Positions 24,154-33,256 of a stretch of DNA of 64,000 bases are shown here, one piece after another. The stretch is from an uncultured Gemmatimonadota bacterium (GTDB lineage: Bacteria > Latescibacterota > UBA2968 > UBA8231), in assembly GCA_903893785.1 (NCBI GenBank), contig CAITNQ010000314.1, positions 947-64,946 of the forward strand, given 5' to 3'. The translations under genes were made by a program, and so were the position numbers. The notes under the pieces were generated by a model. It made no database searches and was not told the DNA's origin. It saw only the letters and a program-made list of their open reading frames with translations. Position 1 is the stretch's first letter, and every line of letters begins with the position of its first letter.

Positions 24154-25101
24154 ATGGCCGATGTGCTGATCCGCCCCTATCGAGGTGCTGACGAACCCGC
24201 CCTGTTGGAGTTGTGGCGGTCGGCCCTGCCCGCGGACCCGATCGACCGTGCCACCTTCCGCCGCAAGGTCCTGCTGGACCCGAATTTCGACCCTGGGTGG
24301 CTGCTGCTGGCGGAGCGCTCGGATCGCCTGGTGGGCTTCTGCCTGGTACTGATCCGTCGGGCGCCGCTGGAGAAGGTCGGCATGCAACCCGAAGCCGCCT
24401 GGATCTCTGCCTTTGGCGTCCACCCGAGCGTCCGACGCCAGGGGATCGGCGGGGCCCTGCTCGAACGTGCCATGGACCTGTGCCGGCAGGCGAGCCGGCA
24501 ATTCCTGACCGTGGCGGCGTACATCCCGAATTACTTCGTGCCCGGCGTCGACGTCGCGCGCTACGCCGACGGGGTGGAGTTCCTGGGGCGACGGGGTTTC
24601 GAGGAACTGGACCGTCCCATCGCCATGGACACCGCCTTGGTGGGCCGCGATCTGAGCCCGTTCACCGGGCGGGCCGAGGCCCTGGCCAGCGAGCGCGGCG
24701 TGGAGGTCGGCTGCCTGCGGCCGGGGGAACTGCCCGCCCTCATGGGCTTCCTGCAGGAGCATATGCCAGGCGACTGGGTCCGTCACGCGCGCGAGTTGCT
24801 GCTCGACATCTGCCGCGGTAACGGCGATTTCGATCAGTTCACGGTCGCCCGGCACAAAGGAGAGATCGTCGGCTACTGTCAGTTCGACGGCGAGCACTTC
24901 GGTCCTTTTGGCGTCCGCGATGGCCTGCAGGGCCAGGGCATCGGCACCGTGCTGCTGGCGGTCTGCCTGCAGGCCATGCAGGACCGCGGCCTGCACACGG
25001 CTTTCGTGCTGTGGACCAGCGACGCCAATGCTGACAAGGTCTATTCGCGGTTCGGCTTCCGCGAGTCGAGACGCTTCAGCGTGCGCCGCCGGCGCCTGTA
25101 G
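24154..25101 (+). CDS. tandem-GNAT N-acetyltransferase (two acetyltransferase domains, 315 aa)
   Basis: Two acetyl-CoA-binding motifs: 'VHPSVRRQGIGGALLERA' and 'VRDGLQGQGIGTVLLAVC'. GGAGGG RBS before the ATG at 24154. Confidence 0.8.
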   Translation: MADVLIRPYRGADEPALLELWRSALPADPIDRATFRRKVLLDPNFDPGWLLLAERSDRLVGFCLVLIRRAPLEKVGMQPEAAWISAFGVHPSVRRQGIGGALLERAMDLCRQASRQFLTVAAYIPNYFVPGVDVARYADGVEFLGRRGFEELDRPIAMDTALVGRDLSPFTGRAEALASERGVEVGCLRPGELPALMGFLQEHMPGDWVRHARELLLDICRGNGDFDQFTVARHKGEIVGYCQFDGEHFGPFGVRDGLQGQGIGTVLLAVCLQAMQDRGLHTAFVLWTSDANADKVYSRFGFRESRRFSVRRRRL

Positions 25102-25134
25102 AGTCGCCTCTGGCCCCGGCCACGCCCGGACGAT

Positions 25135-28100
25135 TCAGAACAGCGACAGCTGGTTCCGGGCCCCGCGCCGGGGCCGCGGTACCGCCGCCTCGCGCTCCAA
25201 CCAGGCAGGATCGATCGCATCGATAAAGGGCGACCAGGTGGTTTCCCGCCGCTCGCCAAAACGGAACCGCGTGCGCGCCCGCAGCAGCACCAGTTCATCC
25301 CTGGCCCGGGTCATGCCGACATAGAACAGCCGTCGTTCCTCGGCCATGTCATCGCCGGCCTCGCGGTGCGGCAGCAGGCCGCTTTCCACGCCGCAGATGA
25401 ACACCACCGGGAACTCGAGGCCCTTGGCGGCGTGCAGCGTCAGCAGGTTGACGGCGGCGCCGCTCGGGATCTGCTCGCCCACGCGGCGCTCGTAGTCAAC
25501 GCCGCGCCCGAGCAGGGCCCCGCGCAGGAACTCGGCCATGGACGGCACGCCCTGGGCCAGCCGGGCCAACTGCCCCAGATCGTCGTCATCGGGGCCGAAC
25601 TGGTCACGCCAGGCAGCGAACAGGGCTGCCGGACCCAACCCCTGGTATCGCTCCACCGCGGCCGCCAAGACCGGCGGGATCGCCGTATCGGATACCCCAG
25701 CGGCGGCATTAAGACGGTGCTCCAGGTCCGCGCGGGCCGGCGCAGCCAGCTGGAAGGGCCCGGCGCTGACCACCGCCAGGAGGCGTAGCGGGCGCCCCGG
25801 GTCCGCCAGGTAACGGGCAAAGGCCACCGCGGCGCGCACCGCCGGCGAGCTCAACAGAGCCCTGGACCCGCTGGAACGGAACGGCAGCCCGCCTCGCTGC
25901 AGCGCCTCCTCGAGCACCCCAGCCTGGGCGCCGGTGCGGTACAGAACGGCCAGGTCATCCAGGGCGTAACGTGCCTCGCGCCCGGCCGTGCGGTGCATTT
26001 CCAGCCCGCCGACCAACTGATCGATCTGCTCGACCACGATGGCGGCCTCGCCAGTTTCGTCAACCGCCTCGAGCTGACGGAGGCGCGCCCCGCGGTCGCG
26101 CACCGCGCGCCACCAGCCCGGGGGCCGACGGCGCTCCGGGTCGATCGCCTCGGCAGCGGCAGCGACGATGGCGGCCTGAGTGCGGTAGTTGGCGGCCAGG
26201 CGGTACTGGGTGGCCTGGGGCCAGTCGGTGTTGACCTTGGCCAGCAGGGCTGGCGACGCACCGCGGAAGGCGTAGATGGCCTGGTCCGGATCACCGATGG
26301 CGACCAGCCCCTCGCCGTTGCCGGCGAGCAACCGCACCAGGCGGTACTGGGTTGGATTGAGGTCCTGGAATTCGTCCACCAGCAGGTGGGCGGACCGGCG
26401 CTGCTCCTGTTCGCGGTAGCCCGGGTCAGCCTCCAGAGCCGCGATCCAGTCTAGCAGCAGGTCGTCGTAATCGCGCCCCTGGCAAGCGCACAGGCGCTGC
26501 TGATAGGCCTCGTAGGCACGGGCCAGCTGCGGATCGCTGTCGGCCGTTGGTACCACCCCGGCGGCCTTGGCGAGCGAAATGCCCCCTGCCAGACGCTCGA
26601 CGGTGCCCGCGTCCGTGCCGTCGGGCAGGCACGTCACGAGCAGCTGCCGAGCCTCAGCTTCGGCCAGCAATTCCCGACGGCCGGCCTCGCGCTGGGACAG
26701 CGCCGCCAGAGCCAGCGAATGGAAGGTGCCCAGGCGCAACCGTGCCGCGCCGGTGCTGCCCGGCAGGAGCCTTTCGAGGCGCTGCCGCAGCTCGTTTGCG
26801 GCCCGGTGCGTGAAGGTGACCAGAGTAATGGCTTGGGGCGAGACGCCGCACTGCTGCACCAGGTGCACGACCCGGCTGACGAGCACGCGCGTCTTGCCGG
26901 AACCCGGGCCGGCAACCACCACCAGCGGGCCGGGGCCGGCCTGGACCACGCGCTGTTGGTCTGCATCGAGACGGTCGGCGGCCACCGAGGGCAGGTCGGC
27001 CCGCGCGGGCGTCGGTGCGGGCAGGACCCCGGCTGGTCCGCGCGGCTTGCCGCGCCGGGGCGAAGCCACGCCCAGCAACCCCAACTGGCCCAGGAGCCGC
27101 TGCCGTTCCTCGTCCGTGAATACCTCGATCCGCCCGAACTCGCCGTCATAGCCCGGCGCGATCGCCACCTCGCCGCGGCGCATGCGCGTCAGTCCTGCGG
27201 CGACGAGCGGCTCGCCCTGGCGGGATAGCTCCTCAGGGTCCAGGTGACGGAGGACGTGCAGCTCGGGACCGAGCGCTGCCAGCAGGCGGTGGTACACCTG
27301 CTGCACGCGTTGACTGGCCACCCCCACGCCCAGGGACGACGCAATGACCTCGGCCAGCGGAATGATGTAATCGAAGGGCGGACGTTCGCCGCGTCCGGCC
27401 CCCTCCGGGCGGTCCGCCAGGCGCGCCACGCGATGCAGGACGCCGACAGTCACCGGCCGCCCGCAGACCGGGCAGCGGCCTTGGGCGCTGACCGTCTGAC
27501 GGGGATGCCAGCAGGTGCCGCAATTACGGTGACCGTCGTAGTGGTACTTACCCTCCTCGGGGTAGAACTCGATGGTGCCGGCCAGGCCGCCCGGGCTCGC
27601 TCCGGAAAGAGCCGTGAAGATGCCACGGTAGCTCAACTCAGTATCGAAACAGGTGGCCTCGCGGCCCAGTTTGGCAGGCGAATGCGCGTCCGAGTTGGAC
27701 ACCAGGGCGACGCGGTCGAGGGCGGAGAGCTGCCAGTTCATCGGCGGGTCCGACGACAGGCCGGTCTCAACCGCATGGACATGGGGCAACAGGTCGCCGA
27801 AGCACTCCTCAAGGCTGTCGAACCCGGAGCTGGCGCCGAGGACCGAGAAGTGGGGTGTCCAGATGTGAGCGGGGATGAACAGGACCTCGGAACACACCTC
27901 CAGGCAGATGGCCAGAAGATCGCGGCAGCTCAGGCCCAGGATGGGCCGGCCGTCGGCGGTCAGGTTGCCGATGGCACTGAGGCGCCCATTGAGGGCAGCG
28001 GCCGCGGCCAGGCTGGGCAGCATGACAATGGAGTGGACTTTGCGCGTGCGGCCGCCCTGTTTGTAGATGGTGCTGATCTCGCCGGTCAGCAGGAACCGGA

Positions 28101-28356
28101 CCGGACCCCGGCACGGCGACGGCAGGGCAGACACCAGCGGTTCGCGCCAGGTTGGCCGCAGTTGATAGAGCCCGGCCTCGGCCGGTTCCAGGTACTCGGC
28201 CAGTTCGGCCATCCAGACCGGATGCGTCAGGTCGCCGGTGCCGACCACAGTGATGCCCTTCAGCGCTGACCAGCGGTGCAGGGATACAGGGTTGAGCTCC
28301 TGGCTGGTGGCGCGGGCAAAGCGCGAGTGCAGGTGCAGGTCGGCAATGAAGCGCAT
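25135..28356 (-). CDS. fusion protein: EndoQ-like PHP/Zn-finger nuclease domain + UvrD/PcrA-type SF1 helicase
   Basis: N-terminus: 'MRFIADLHLHSRFARATS...GITVVGTGDLTHP' and a 4-Cys finger 'HRNCGTCW...GRCPVCGRPVTVGVLHRV'. Helicase motifs: I 'AGPGSGKT', II 'VDEFQD', III 'GDPDQAIYAFRGA', IV 'LYRTGAQ', V 'TLHAAKGLEFPVV', VI 'LFYVGMTRARDEL'. GGAGG RBS before the ATG at 28356. Confidence 0.85.
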   Translation of the reverse strand: MRFIADLHLHSRFARATSQELNPVSLHRWSALKGITVVGTGDLTHPVWMAELAEYLEPAEAGLYQLRPTWREPLVSALPSPCRGPVRFLLTGEISTIYKQGGRTRKVHSIVMLPSLAAAAALNGRLSAIGNLTADGRPILGLSCRDLLAICLEVCSEVLFIPAHIWTPHFSVLGASSGFDSLEECFGDLLPHVHAVETGLSSDPPMNWQLSALDRVALVSNSDAHSPAKLGREATCFDTELSYRGIFTALSGASPGGLAGTIEFYPEEGKYHYDGHRNCGTCWHPRQTVSAQGRCPVCGRPVTVGVLHRVARLADRPEGAGRGERPPFDYIIPLAEVIASSLGVGVASQRVQQVYHRLLAALGPELHVLRHLDPEELSRQGEPLVAAGLTRMRRGEVAIAPGYDGEFGRIEVFTDEERQRLLGQLGLLGVASPRRGKPRGPAGVLPAPTPARADLPSVAADRLDADQQRVVQAGPGPLVVVAGPGSGKTRVLVSRVVHLVQQCGVSPQAITLVTFTHRAANELRQRLERLLPGSTGAARLRLGTFHSLALAALSQREAGRRELLAEAEARQLLVTCLPDGTDAGTVERLAGGISLAKAAGVVPTADSDPQLARAYEAYQQRLCACQGRDYDDLLLDWIAALEADPGYREQEQRRSAHLLVDEFQDLNPTQYRLVRLLAGNGEGLVAIGDPDQAIYAFRGASPALLAKVNTDWPQATQYRLAANYRTQAAIVAAAAEAIDPERRRPPGWWRAVRDRGARLRQLEAVDETGEAAIVVEQIDQLVGGLEMHRTAGREARYALDDLAVLYRTGAQAGVLEEALQRGGLPFRSSGSRALLSSPAVRAAVAFARYLADPGRPLRLLAVVSAGPFQLAAPARADLEHRLNAAAGVSDTAIPPVLAAAVERYQGLGPAALFAAWRDQFGPDDDDLGQLARLAQGVPSMAEFLRGALLGRGVDYERRVGEQIPSGAAVNLLTLHAAKGLEFPVVFICGVESGLLPHREAGDDMAEERRLFYVGMTRARDELVLLRARTRFRFGERRETTWSPFIDAIDPAWLEREAAVPRPRRGARNQLSLF

Positions 28357-28517
28357 GGGAGATCCTCCGGCGCCGCAGCGGCAAACAGGGAGGACCAGTA
28401 TACGGGGGCTCGGGGGCCACCTCAAGGCGCCGCCCGGACAGCACCTGGCTTGCAGGCCCGGCAGGGCATAGGTTCTGGTTCCCCTCACGCCCACCCCACC
28501 TGAGGAGGTCCGCATCC

Positions 28518-29696
28518 ATGCACCTGTGCAGACGGCACTGGTTCCGCCTGTTGCTGACCACTGGCCTGGCCGCCGCGTTGCCGGCTGGCGCTGACAACGT
28601 CATCCTGTTCATCGGCGACGGCGCCGGACTGGCGCAGGTGGCCGCGGCCCGCATGGCCGCGCGCGGGCCGGACGGGCGCCTGGCGGTGGACGAGCTGGAA
28701 GACATCGGCCTGGTGACCACGCATTCGGCCAGCGGCCTGACCACTGACTCAGCCGCCGGCGCCACGGCCTATGCCACCGGCCACAAGACGACCAACGGCT
28801 GGCTCTCGGTGGCACCGGACGGCACGCGCCTGAAGACCCTGGTCGAGTACGCGCGCGAGGCCGGGATGGGGACCGGGATAGTCACCACGACCGGGGTAAC
28901 CCACGCCACGCCGGCGGCCTTCGCCGCCCACGTCAATGACCGTGGCGCGCAGGCCCAGATTGCGCCCATGATGGTGGCCACCGGACCGGACGTCCTGCTC
29001 GGCGGCGGTCGCAGTCTGTGGCTCCCCAAAGGAGCCCCGGGTTCGGAACGAGCCGACAGTCTGGACGTTGTGGCGTTGGCTCAACAAGCGGGGTACATGG
29101 TGGTCACGGACCGTATCGGCTTGCTGGCGGCCAACCCGCGCGCAACGCCACGCCTGCTGGGCCTGTTCGCGCTTGGGCATCTGTCCTACGTCGTCGACAG
29201 CGTGAGCACGGCCGAGCCGTCCCTGGCCGAGATGACGCGCAGCGCCATCGACCGGCTGCAGCACTCCCGCCGCGGGTTCTTCCTGATGGTCGAGGGTGGC
29301 CGAATCGATCACGCCTGCCACGGTCATGAGGGCACCAAGGCCATCTGGGAGGTGCTGAGCTTGGACCAGGCCATCCGCGAGGCAATCGACTTCGCCCACC
29401 GAGACCGGCACACGCTGGTGATTTTCGTCGCCGATCACGAGACGGGTGGCCTGTCGGTGGCCAATGGGCTGTACGACGGCTTCCCCGCCATTCCTCGCCG
29501 CGATGGGCAACCAGAGCGCACGGCCCCGCTGCAGGATCAGCTCAAACTGGGCTGGACCACCGACGGCCACACCGGCCTGCCGGTGATCGCCATGGCCGCC
29601 GGACCGGGCGCCGGCCGCGTCCGCGGCGTGCTGGACAACACGCAGATCTTCACCATTGCCATGCAGGCACTGGGACTGGAGGACAGACTCCGATGA
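28518..29696 (+). CDS. alkaline phosphatase (PhoA family), secreted
   Basis: Signal peptide, then 'NVILFIGDGAG', active-site 'TDSAAGATAYATGHKT' and 'DHACHG'. GAGGAGG RBS. Confidence 0.9.
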   Translation: MHLCRRHWFRLLLTTGLAAALPAGADNVILFIGDGAGLAQVAAARMAARGPDGRLAVDELEDIGLVTTHSASGLTTDSAAGATAYATGHKTTNGWLSVAPDGTRLKTLVEYAREAGMGTGIVTTTGVTHATPAAFAAHVNDRGAQAQIAPMMVATGPDVLLGGGRSLWLPKGAPGSERADSLDVVALAQQAGYMVVTDRIGLLAANPRATPRLLGLFALGHLSYVVDSVSTAEPSLAEMTRSAIDRLQHSRRGFFLMVEGGRIDHACHGHEGTKAIWEVLSLDQAIREAIDFAHRDRHTLVIFVADHETGGLSVANGLYDGFPAIPRRDGQPERTAPLQDQLKLGWTTDGHTGLPVIAMAAGPGAGRVRGVLDNTQIFTIAMQALGLEDRLR

Positions 29697-30754
29697 CCTG
29701 GCGAGTCGGTATTGCGGGGCTGCGGCGGGGGGCCAGCCTGGCCCACGTGCTCCATATGCAGCCGGACTGCACCATCGCGGCTGGCTGTGATCCAGCCCCC
29801 GCGGCGCTCGACGCTTTCGGCGCGCGTTACCCGCAGGCGCGACTGTTCAGCACGTTCGCCGATATGCTTGACGCAGGCATCGATGTCTGCGTCGTGGCTT
29901 CGCCAGTGCCGCTTCATTGCGCCCAGACCGTAGCCGCCCTAGCGGCCGGGTGCCACGTTCTCCAGGAAGTTTGCCTGGCGCCTTCGGTAGCCGAGTGCCG
30001 GACCGTGTTCGAGGCAGTGCAGGCACACCCCAGGCAGCAGTTCATGCTGGCCGAGAACTGCAACTACTGGGGGCACATCCTGTCCTGGCAGAGCATGTTT
30101 GCCCAGGGACTGCTGGGCGAACTGGTGCACGCCGAAGCTGAGTATATCCACGACTGTCGTACCCTGATGCACGACGCCGAAGGACGCCCCACTTGGCGGG
30201 CCACCATGCCGCCCATTCACTATTGCACCCACAGCCTGGGCCCCCTGCTGAAAATCACCGGCGCCCGCTGCGTGACGGCGTGCGGCATGCTGTCGGCCTC
30301 GAAGACCGACCCGGGCCCCGGGCACATCGATATCGAGACTGCCCTGTTGCAGACCGACACCGGCGCCACGGTGAAGCTAGTGGCGGGTTTCCGCGTGGCG
30401 CGCGAACCGGCTTTCCACTACTACTCGGTGTACGGGACGCGCGGCAGCCTGGAGACCGCGCGACCGCCCGCCCCCGCCCAGACCCATGCGTACCTGGAAG
30501 CGATCCCGCACCTGCAGGGCATGATGGACCTGCCGTTGGGCACGGATGTGCCGCGGGCTCCCGCCGGTGCCGGCGTGGGTGGCCATGGTACTGCCGAGTA
30601 TTACCTGGCGGTGGACTTCATGCGGGCGGTGCGCGAGGGAACGCGTCCGGCGATCGACATCCATGCCGCCCTGGACATGTCGTTACCCGGATTATGCGCC
30701 CACGAGAGCGCCCTGCAGGGCGGCAGACCGGTGGAGGTACCCGACTGGCGATAG
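29693..30754 (+). CDS. Gfo/Idh/MocA-family oxidoreductase
   Basis: 'WRVGIAGLRRGASL' and 'GCHVLQEV' (a degenerate EKP motif), with family-typical length. ATGA overlap with the phosphatase gene. Confidence 0.8.
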   Translation: MTWRVGIAGLRRGASLAHVLHMQPDCTIAAGCDPAPAALDAFGARYPQARLFSTFADMLDAGIDVCVVASPVPLHCAQTVAALAAGCHVLQEVCLAPSVAECRTVFEAVQAHPRQQFMLAENCNYWGHILSWQSMFAQGLLGELVHAEAEYIHDCRTLMHDAEGRPTWRATMPPIHYCTHSLGPLLKITGARCVTACGMLSASKTDPGPGHIDIETALLQTDTGATVKLVAGFRVAREPAFHYYSVYGTRGSLETARPPAPAQTHAYLEAIPHLQGMMDLPLGTDVPRAPAGAGVGGHGTAEYYLAVDFMRAVREGTRPAIDIHAALDMSLPGLCAHESALQGGRPVEVPDWR

Positions 30755-30824
30755 GCCGGGTCCAGACCGCCTGTTGCGAGCGTAACCCGGCGGCAGCGCT
30801 CGTACCGTCGGATGGCGGCGGCGG

Positions 30825-31154
30825 CTAACCGCCCGCAGCCTGAGACACGTCGGCGACCGCCAGATCCGCCGCCGGGGCCAGCAGGCGCTCGATCTCGCGC
30901 TGGTACTGTCGCAGGTGGCGTTGGCAGATGCCGTGGCTGTAAAGGTCGTACGCCCGTGGCGCCGTTGCCATCCAGACGCCCTCCGGCCAGTTGGGCAGGC
31001 GGTGCAGAGGACACTCCGGCACCCAGCACTTGATCACCAGGCGACCGGCGGCGAAGGCCAGTTCCAGGTCTCGACCCCGTGCATCAACGGGGTCTAGGTC
31101 CACTAACCGCGGGACATCGAGCGCCACTAGCCCGGCCATGTCGCCCCTGACCAT
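30825..31154 (-). CDS. small hypothetical Cys/His-containing protein (109 aa)
   Basis: GGAGG RBS 6 nt before the ATG at 31154. Contains 'CWVPEC...HGICQRH'. The longer ORF-track version (to 31547) is Arg/Pro/Gly-rich upstream and looks non-coding. Confidence 0.4.
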   Translation of the reverse strand: MVRGDMAGLVALDVPRLVDLDPVDARGRDLELAFAAGRLVIKCWVPECPLHRLPNWPEGVWMATAPRAYDLYSHGICQRHLRQYQREIERLLAPAADLAVADVSQAAGG

Positions 31155-31351
31155 GCTTGCCTCCGATCCGTGTGCCTGCGTCGTCCCTCCTTCTATCGGC
31201 CTGGCACGGGCTTCCTTGACCTTGATCACCCGGTCTGCTGACCTGCGGCCGCGCGTCACGGGGCGCGGGGCCCGGGCCCCGGGGCCCGGTCGCCCCCCCG
31301 GGGCGTCCGTGGGCCACCACGAACGCCCCGGGTTCGTCGGCACAAGGTGCC

Positions 31352-32335
31352 TCAACCCGCGCGCAGCCAGGCCAGAATCGCGTCGCCGCTGTCCCCGAGA
31401 CCCTTGTACACCCTGGACGCCGGCGTCATCGACTCCACCGCCGCGCACAGGGCGTCGCGACGCACGGGATCTTGACGGATCTCTTGGGCATCCCAGAAAC
31501 TGGTTCGGATCGTCAACAGGGCTGCTTCCTGTGCCGGGAAGCTCCACAGCACTTCCCGCTCCACGCGCAGGAATAGCCGGGGCGCCGCCGGGTCGAAAGC
31601 CGACCGGGCCCAGGCTGCGGCCGGTACGCCTGGCGGCGGTTCAGGATGGTGGTTCAAACGCCGATCGGTGGTCAATTCCCAGACAAACCGCACCAACGGG
31701 CCCTTCTGCAGCATGACATTGACCATGCCCGGTCGGCGGAAATTCTCCATGCCGGGCACGGGCAGGTGCATGGTAACGAAATCGAGGCCGACCTTCTCCT
31801 CTGCGGTCCAGCGGTATGGGAAGCACAGATGGACCGCGCAGCACCAGTCGCGCCCATCGACCCGCCGCACCACGGCCAGGTCCTCCTGCACCTGGGCCGA
31901 CAGGGCGTCCAACGGATCCACATAGGCCGGGCTGCCACCGCCCGTGACCTGGGTCATCGCCCGGTTGAAGACCAGCGTCTCATCCGACGGCGCGTGGTGC
32001 AGACGGGGGCTATCGGCGTCATCGACCCAGGTGAAGCGATCTGGATGCTCGCTGGCCAGGCGCGCGGCGATGAAACGGCAGATCACTCCGGCCAGGTCGG
32101 CGTCGAAACCGCGCGTCTGGTAGTACTTGCCCAGGCGTTCGCCGCGTGCCTGCTCTTTGACGCCGCGGTAATCGGCCCAGGAACTGTCAAACTGGAAGAC
32201 CTGGGCATCGCGAGGCCCGTTGCCCCAGTCCGTGCTCAACGGCGTCAGTCCGGGCTTGACGTCGTAAACGCCGCTGGCCGGCGGGAAATACCGGGCGCCA
32301 TCCTCCGGCAGTGCCCCTTCATGCAGCCATTCCAC
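31352..32335 (-). CDS. DUF3445-family protein (heme-dependent oxidative N-demethylase alpha-like)
   Basis: 'QEDLAVV...AVHLCFPYRWTAEEKVGLDFVTMHLPVPGM' matches the conserved DUF3445 core as I remember it. The GTG at 32335 is preceded by AAGGAGGG, which lies in the end of the upstream gene. Confidence 0.65.
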   Translation of the reverse strand: MEWLHEGALPEDGARYFPPASGVYDVKPGLTPLSTDWGNGPRDAQVFQFDSSWADYRGVKEQARGERLGKYYQTRGFDADLAGVICRFIAARLASEHPDRFTWVDDADSPRLHHAPSDETLVFNRAMTQVTGGGSPAYVDPLDALSAQVQEDLAVVRRVDGRDWCCAVHLCFPYRWTAEEKVGLDFVTMHLPVPGMENFRRPGMVNVMLQKGPLVRFVWELTTDRRLNHHPEPPPGVPAAAWARSAFDPAAPRLFLRVEREVLWSFPAQEAALLTIRTSFWDAQEIRQDPVRRDALCAAVESMTPASRVYKGLGDSGDAILAWLRAG

Positions 32336-32339
32336 TGGG

Positions 32340-33155
32340 TCATCCCTCCTTGGTGACAGGCCACCACAGGTGATCCCGCGTGAGTCCGAAGCGTCCGCAG
32401 ATATCGACCACATCGCCGGCCCAGCGGGTCAGACCGACCAGCCGATGGGCGTCGCTGCCCAGGGCCACGCGGCCACCCAAAGCCAACCAGTCCTCGTACA
32501 GCTGCGCCAACCGCGAAGCGGGTTTCTCCGCCCGCCAGAACTTGGGCTGCAGTTCCAGCGCAATGCCCGTCGCCACGGCCTGAGACAGGAGCTCGCGCAG
32601 GCGGCCCTGATCGCACGCCAGGTACAGGTCGTCGGGTGCGGGTGCCATCCCGGTGGTGGCAAAGGGATGGGCCACAATGTCGGTGTGCGGCCAGGCCAAC
32701 GCAGTGGCGAGGTTATCCAGTTCGAAAGCCGCCGCGTCGCGCAGCAGGCCAGGCGGCGGCTGGACCCACGGGCACTGGTAGTGGTTCGGGGCCACAACGG
32801 CGCATTCAGCAGCCTCCACCAGATCAGCAGGCGCAGTGATCCTCCCGGGCGCCACCACCTCGAACTCAGCGCCGATCACCACTCGCAGCGGGGGCTGTCG
32901 CACGCCGCGGCAGGCGCGGTACCAGGCCGATGTGGCCAGGTGCTGCTCGTAGTCGGTCACGGTCGGAGAGTGGACGTGATCGGTCACGATCAGCAGCTCG
33001 AAGCCCAACTCGGCCGCCCGATCGACGACCGCGTCAAAAGTCATCTCCCAGTCTCCGCACAGCGATAGATTGGTGTGCGTGTGGGTCGACACCACCGGCA
33101 CGGCGCGGCCGCCGGCAGCCGGGGCGGCGGCGCGCGCAGGCGCTTCGGAAGCCAT
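32340..33155 (-). CDS. PHP-domain metal-dependent phosphoesterase
   Basis: 'VVSTHTHTNLSLCG', 'LIVTDHVHS', 'VAHPF' and 'SDAH' are PHP His/Asp ligand motifs. I chose the ATG at 33155. Confidence 0.7.
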   Translation of the reverse strand: MASEAPARAAAPAAGGRAVPVVSTHTHTNLSLCGDWEMTFDAVVDRAAELGFELLIVTDHVHSPTVTDYEQHLATSAWYRACRGVRQPPLRVVIGAEFEVVAPGRITAPADLVEAAECAVVAPNHYQCPWVQPPPGLLRDAAAFELDNLATALAWPHTDIVAHPFATTGMAPAPDDLYLACDQGRLRELLSQAVATGIALELQPKFWRAEKPASRLAQLYEDWLALGGRVALGSDAHRLVGLTRWAGDVVDICGRFGLTRDHLWWPVTKEG

Positions 33156-33196
33156 CTTCTGTTCCCCTCTGCCCAGGGCTAACCCCGTCGGCAAGA

Positions 33197-33225
33197 TTGA
33201 CCGCCCGACCTGGGGCGGCTATACT
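33197..33225 (+). promoter_or_regulatory. sigma70-like promoter (TTGACC-N17-TATACT) for pepF
   Basis: Near-consensus hexamers with exactly 17-nt spacing, ~30 nt upstream of the ATG at 33257. The spacer contains the inverted repeat GCCGCCC...GGGCGGC. Confidence 0.6.
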
Positions 33226-33256
33226 CACCGCCCCCTTGTTGCCGCCGGAGCCGCCC

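Noticed and set aside
31255-31310. G/C-only tract with G-quadruplex-compatible runs (GGGGcgcGGGGcccGGGccccGGGG)
   Set aside because: At this GC content such runs are expected by chance. The complementary strand is equally C-run-rich, and nothing positions the tract relative to a start site. It is noted only as the spacer between DUF3445 and the small ORF.
31155-31547. Long version (240 aa) of the 30825 minus-strand ORF
   Set aside because: The N-terminal 130 aa are Arg/Gly/Pro-rich and run through a GC-only tract. A GGAGG RBS sits directly in front of the internal ATG at 31154, so only the short 109-aa form is reported, and that with low confidence.
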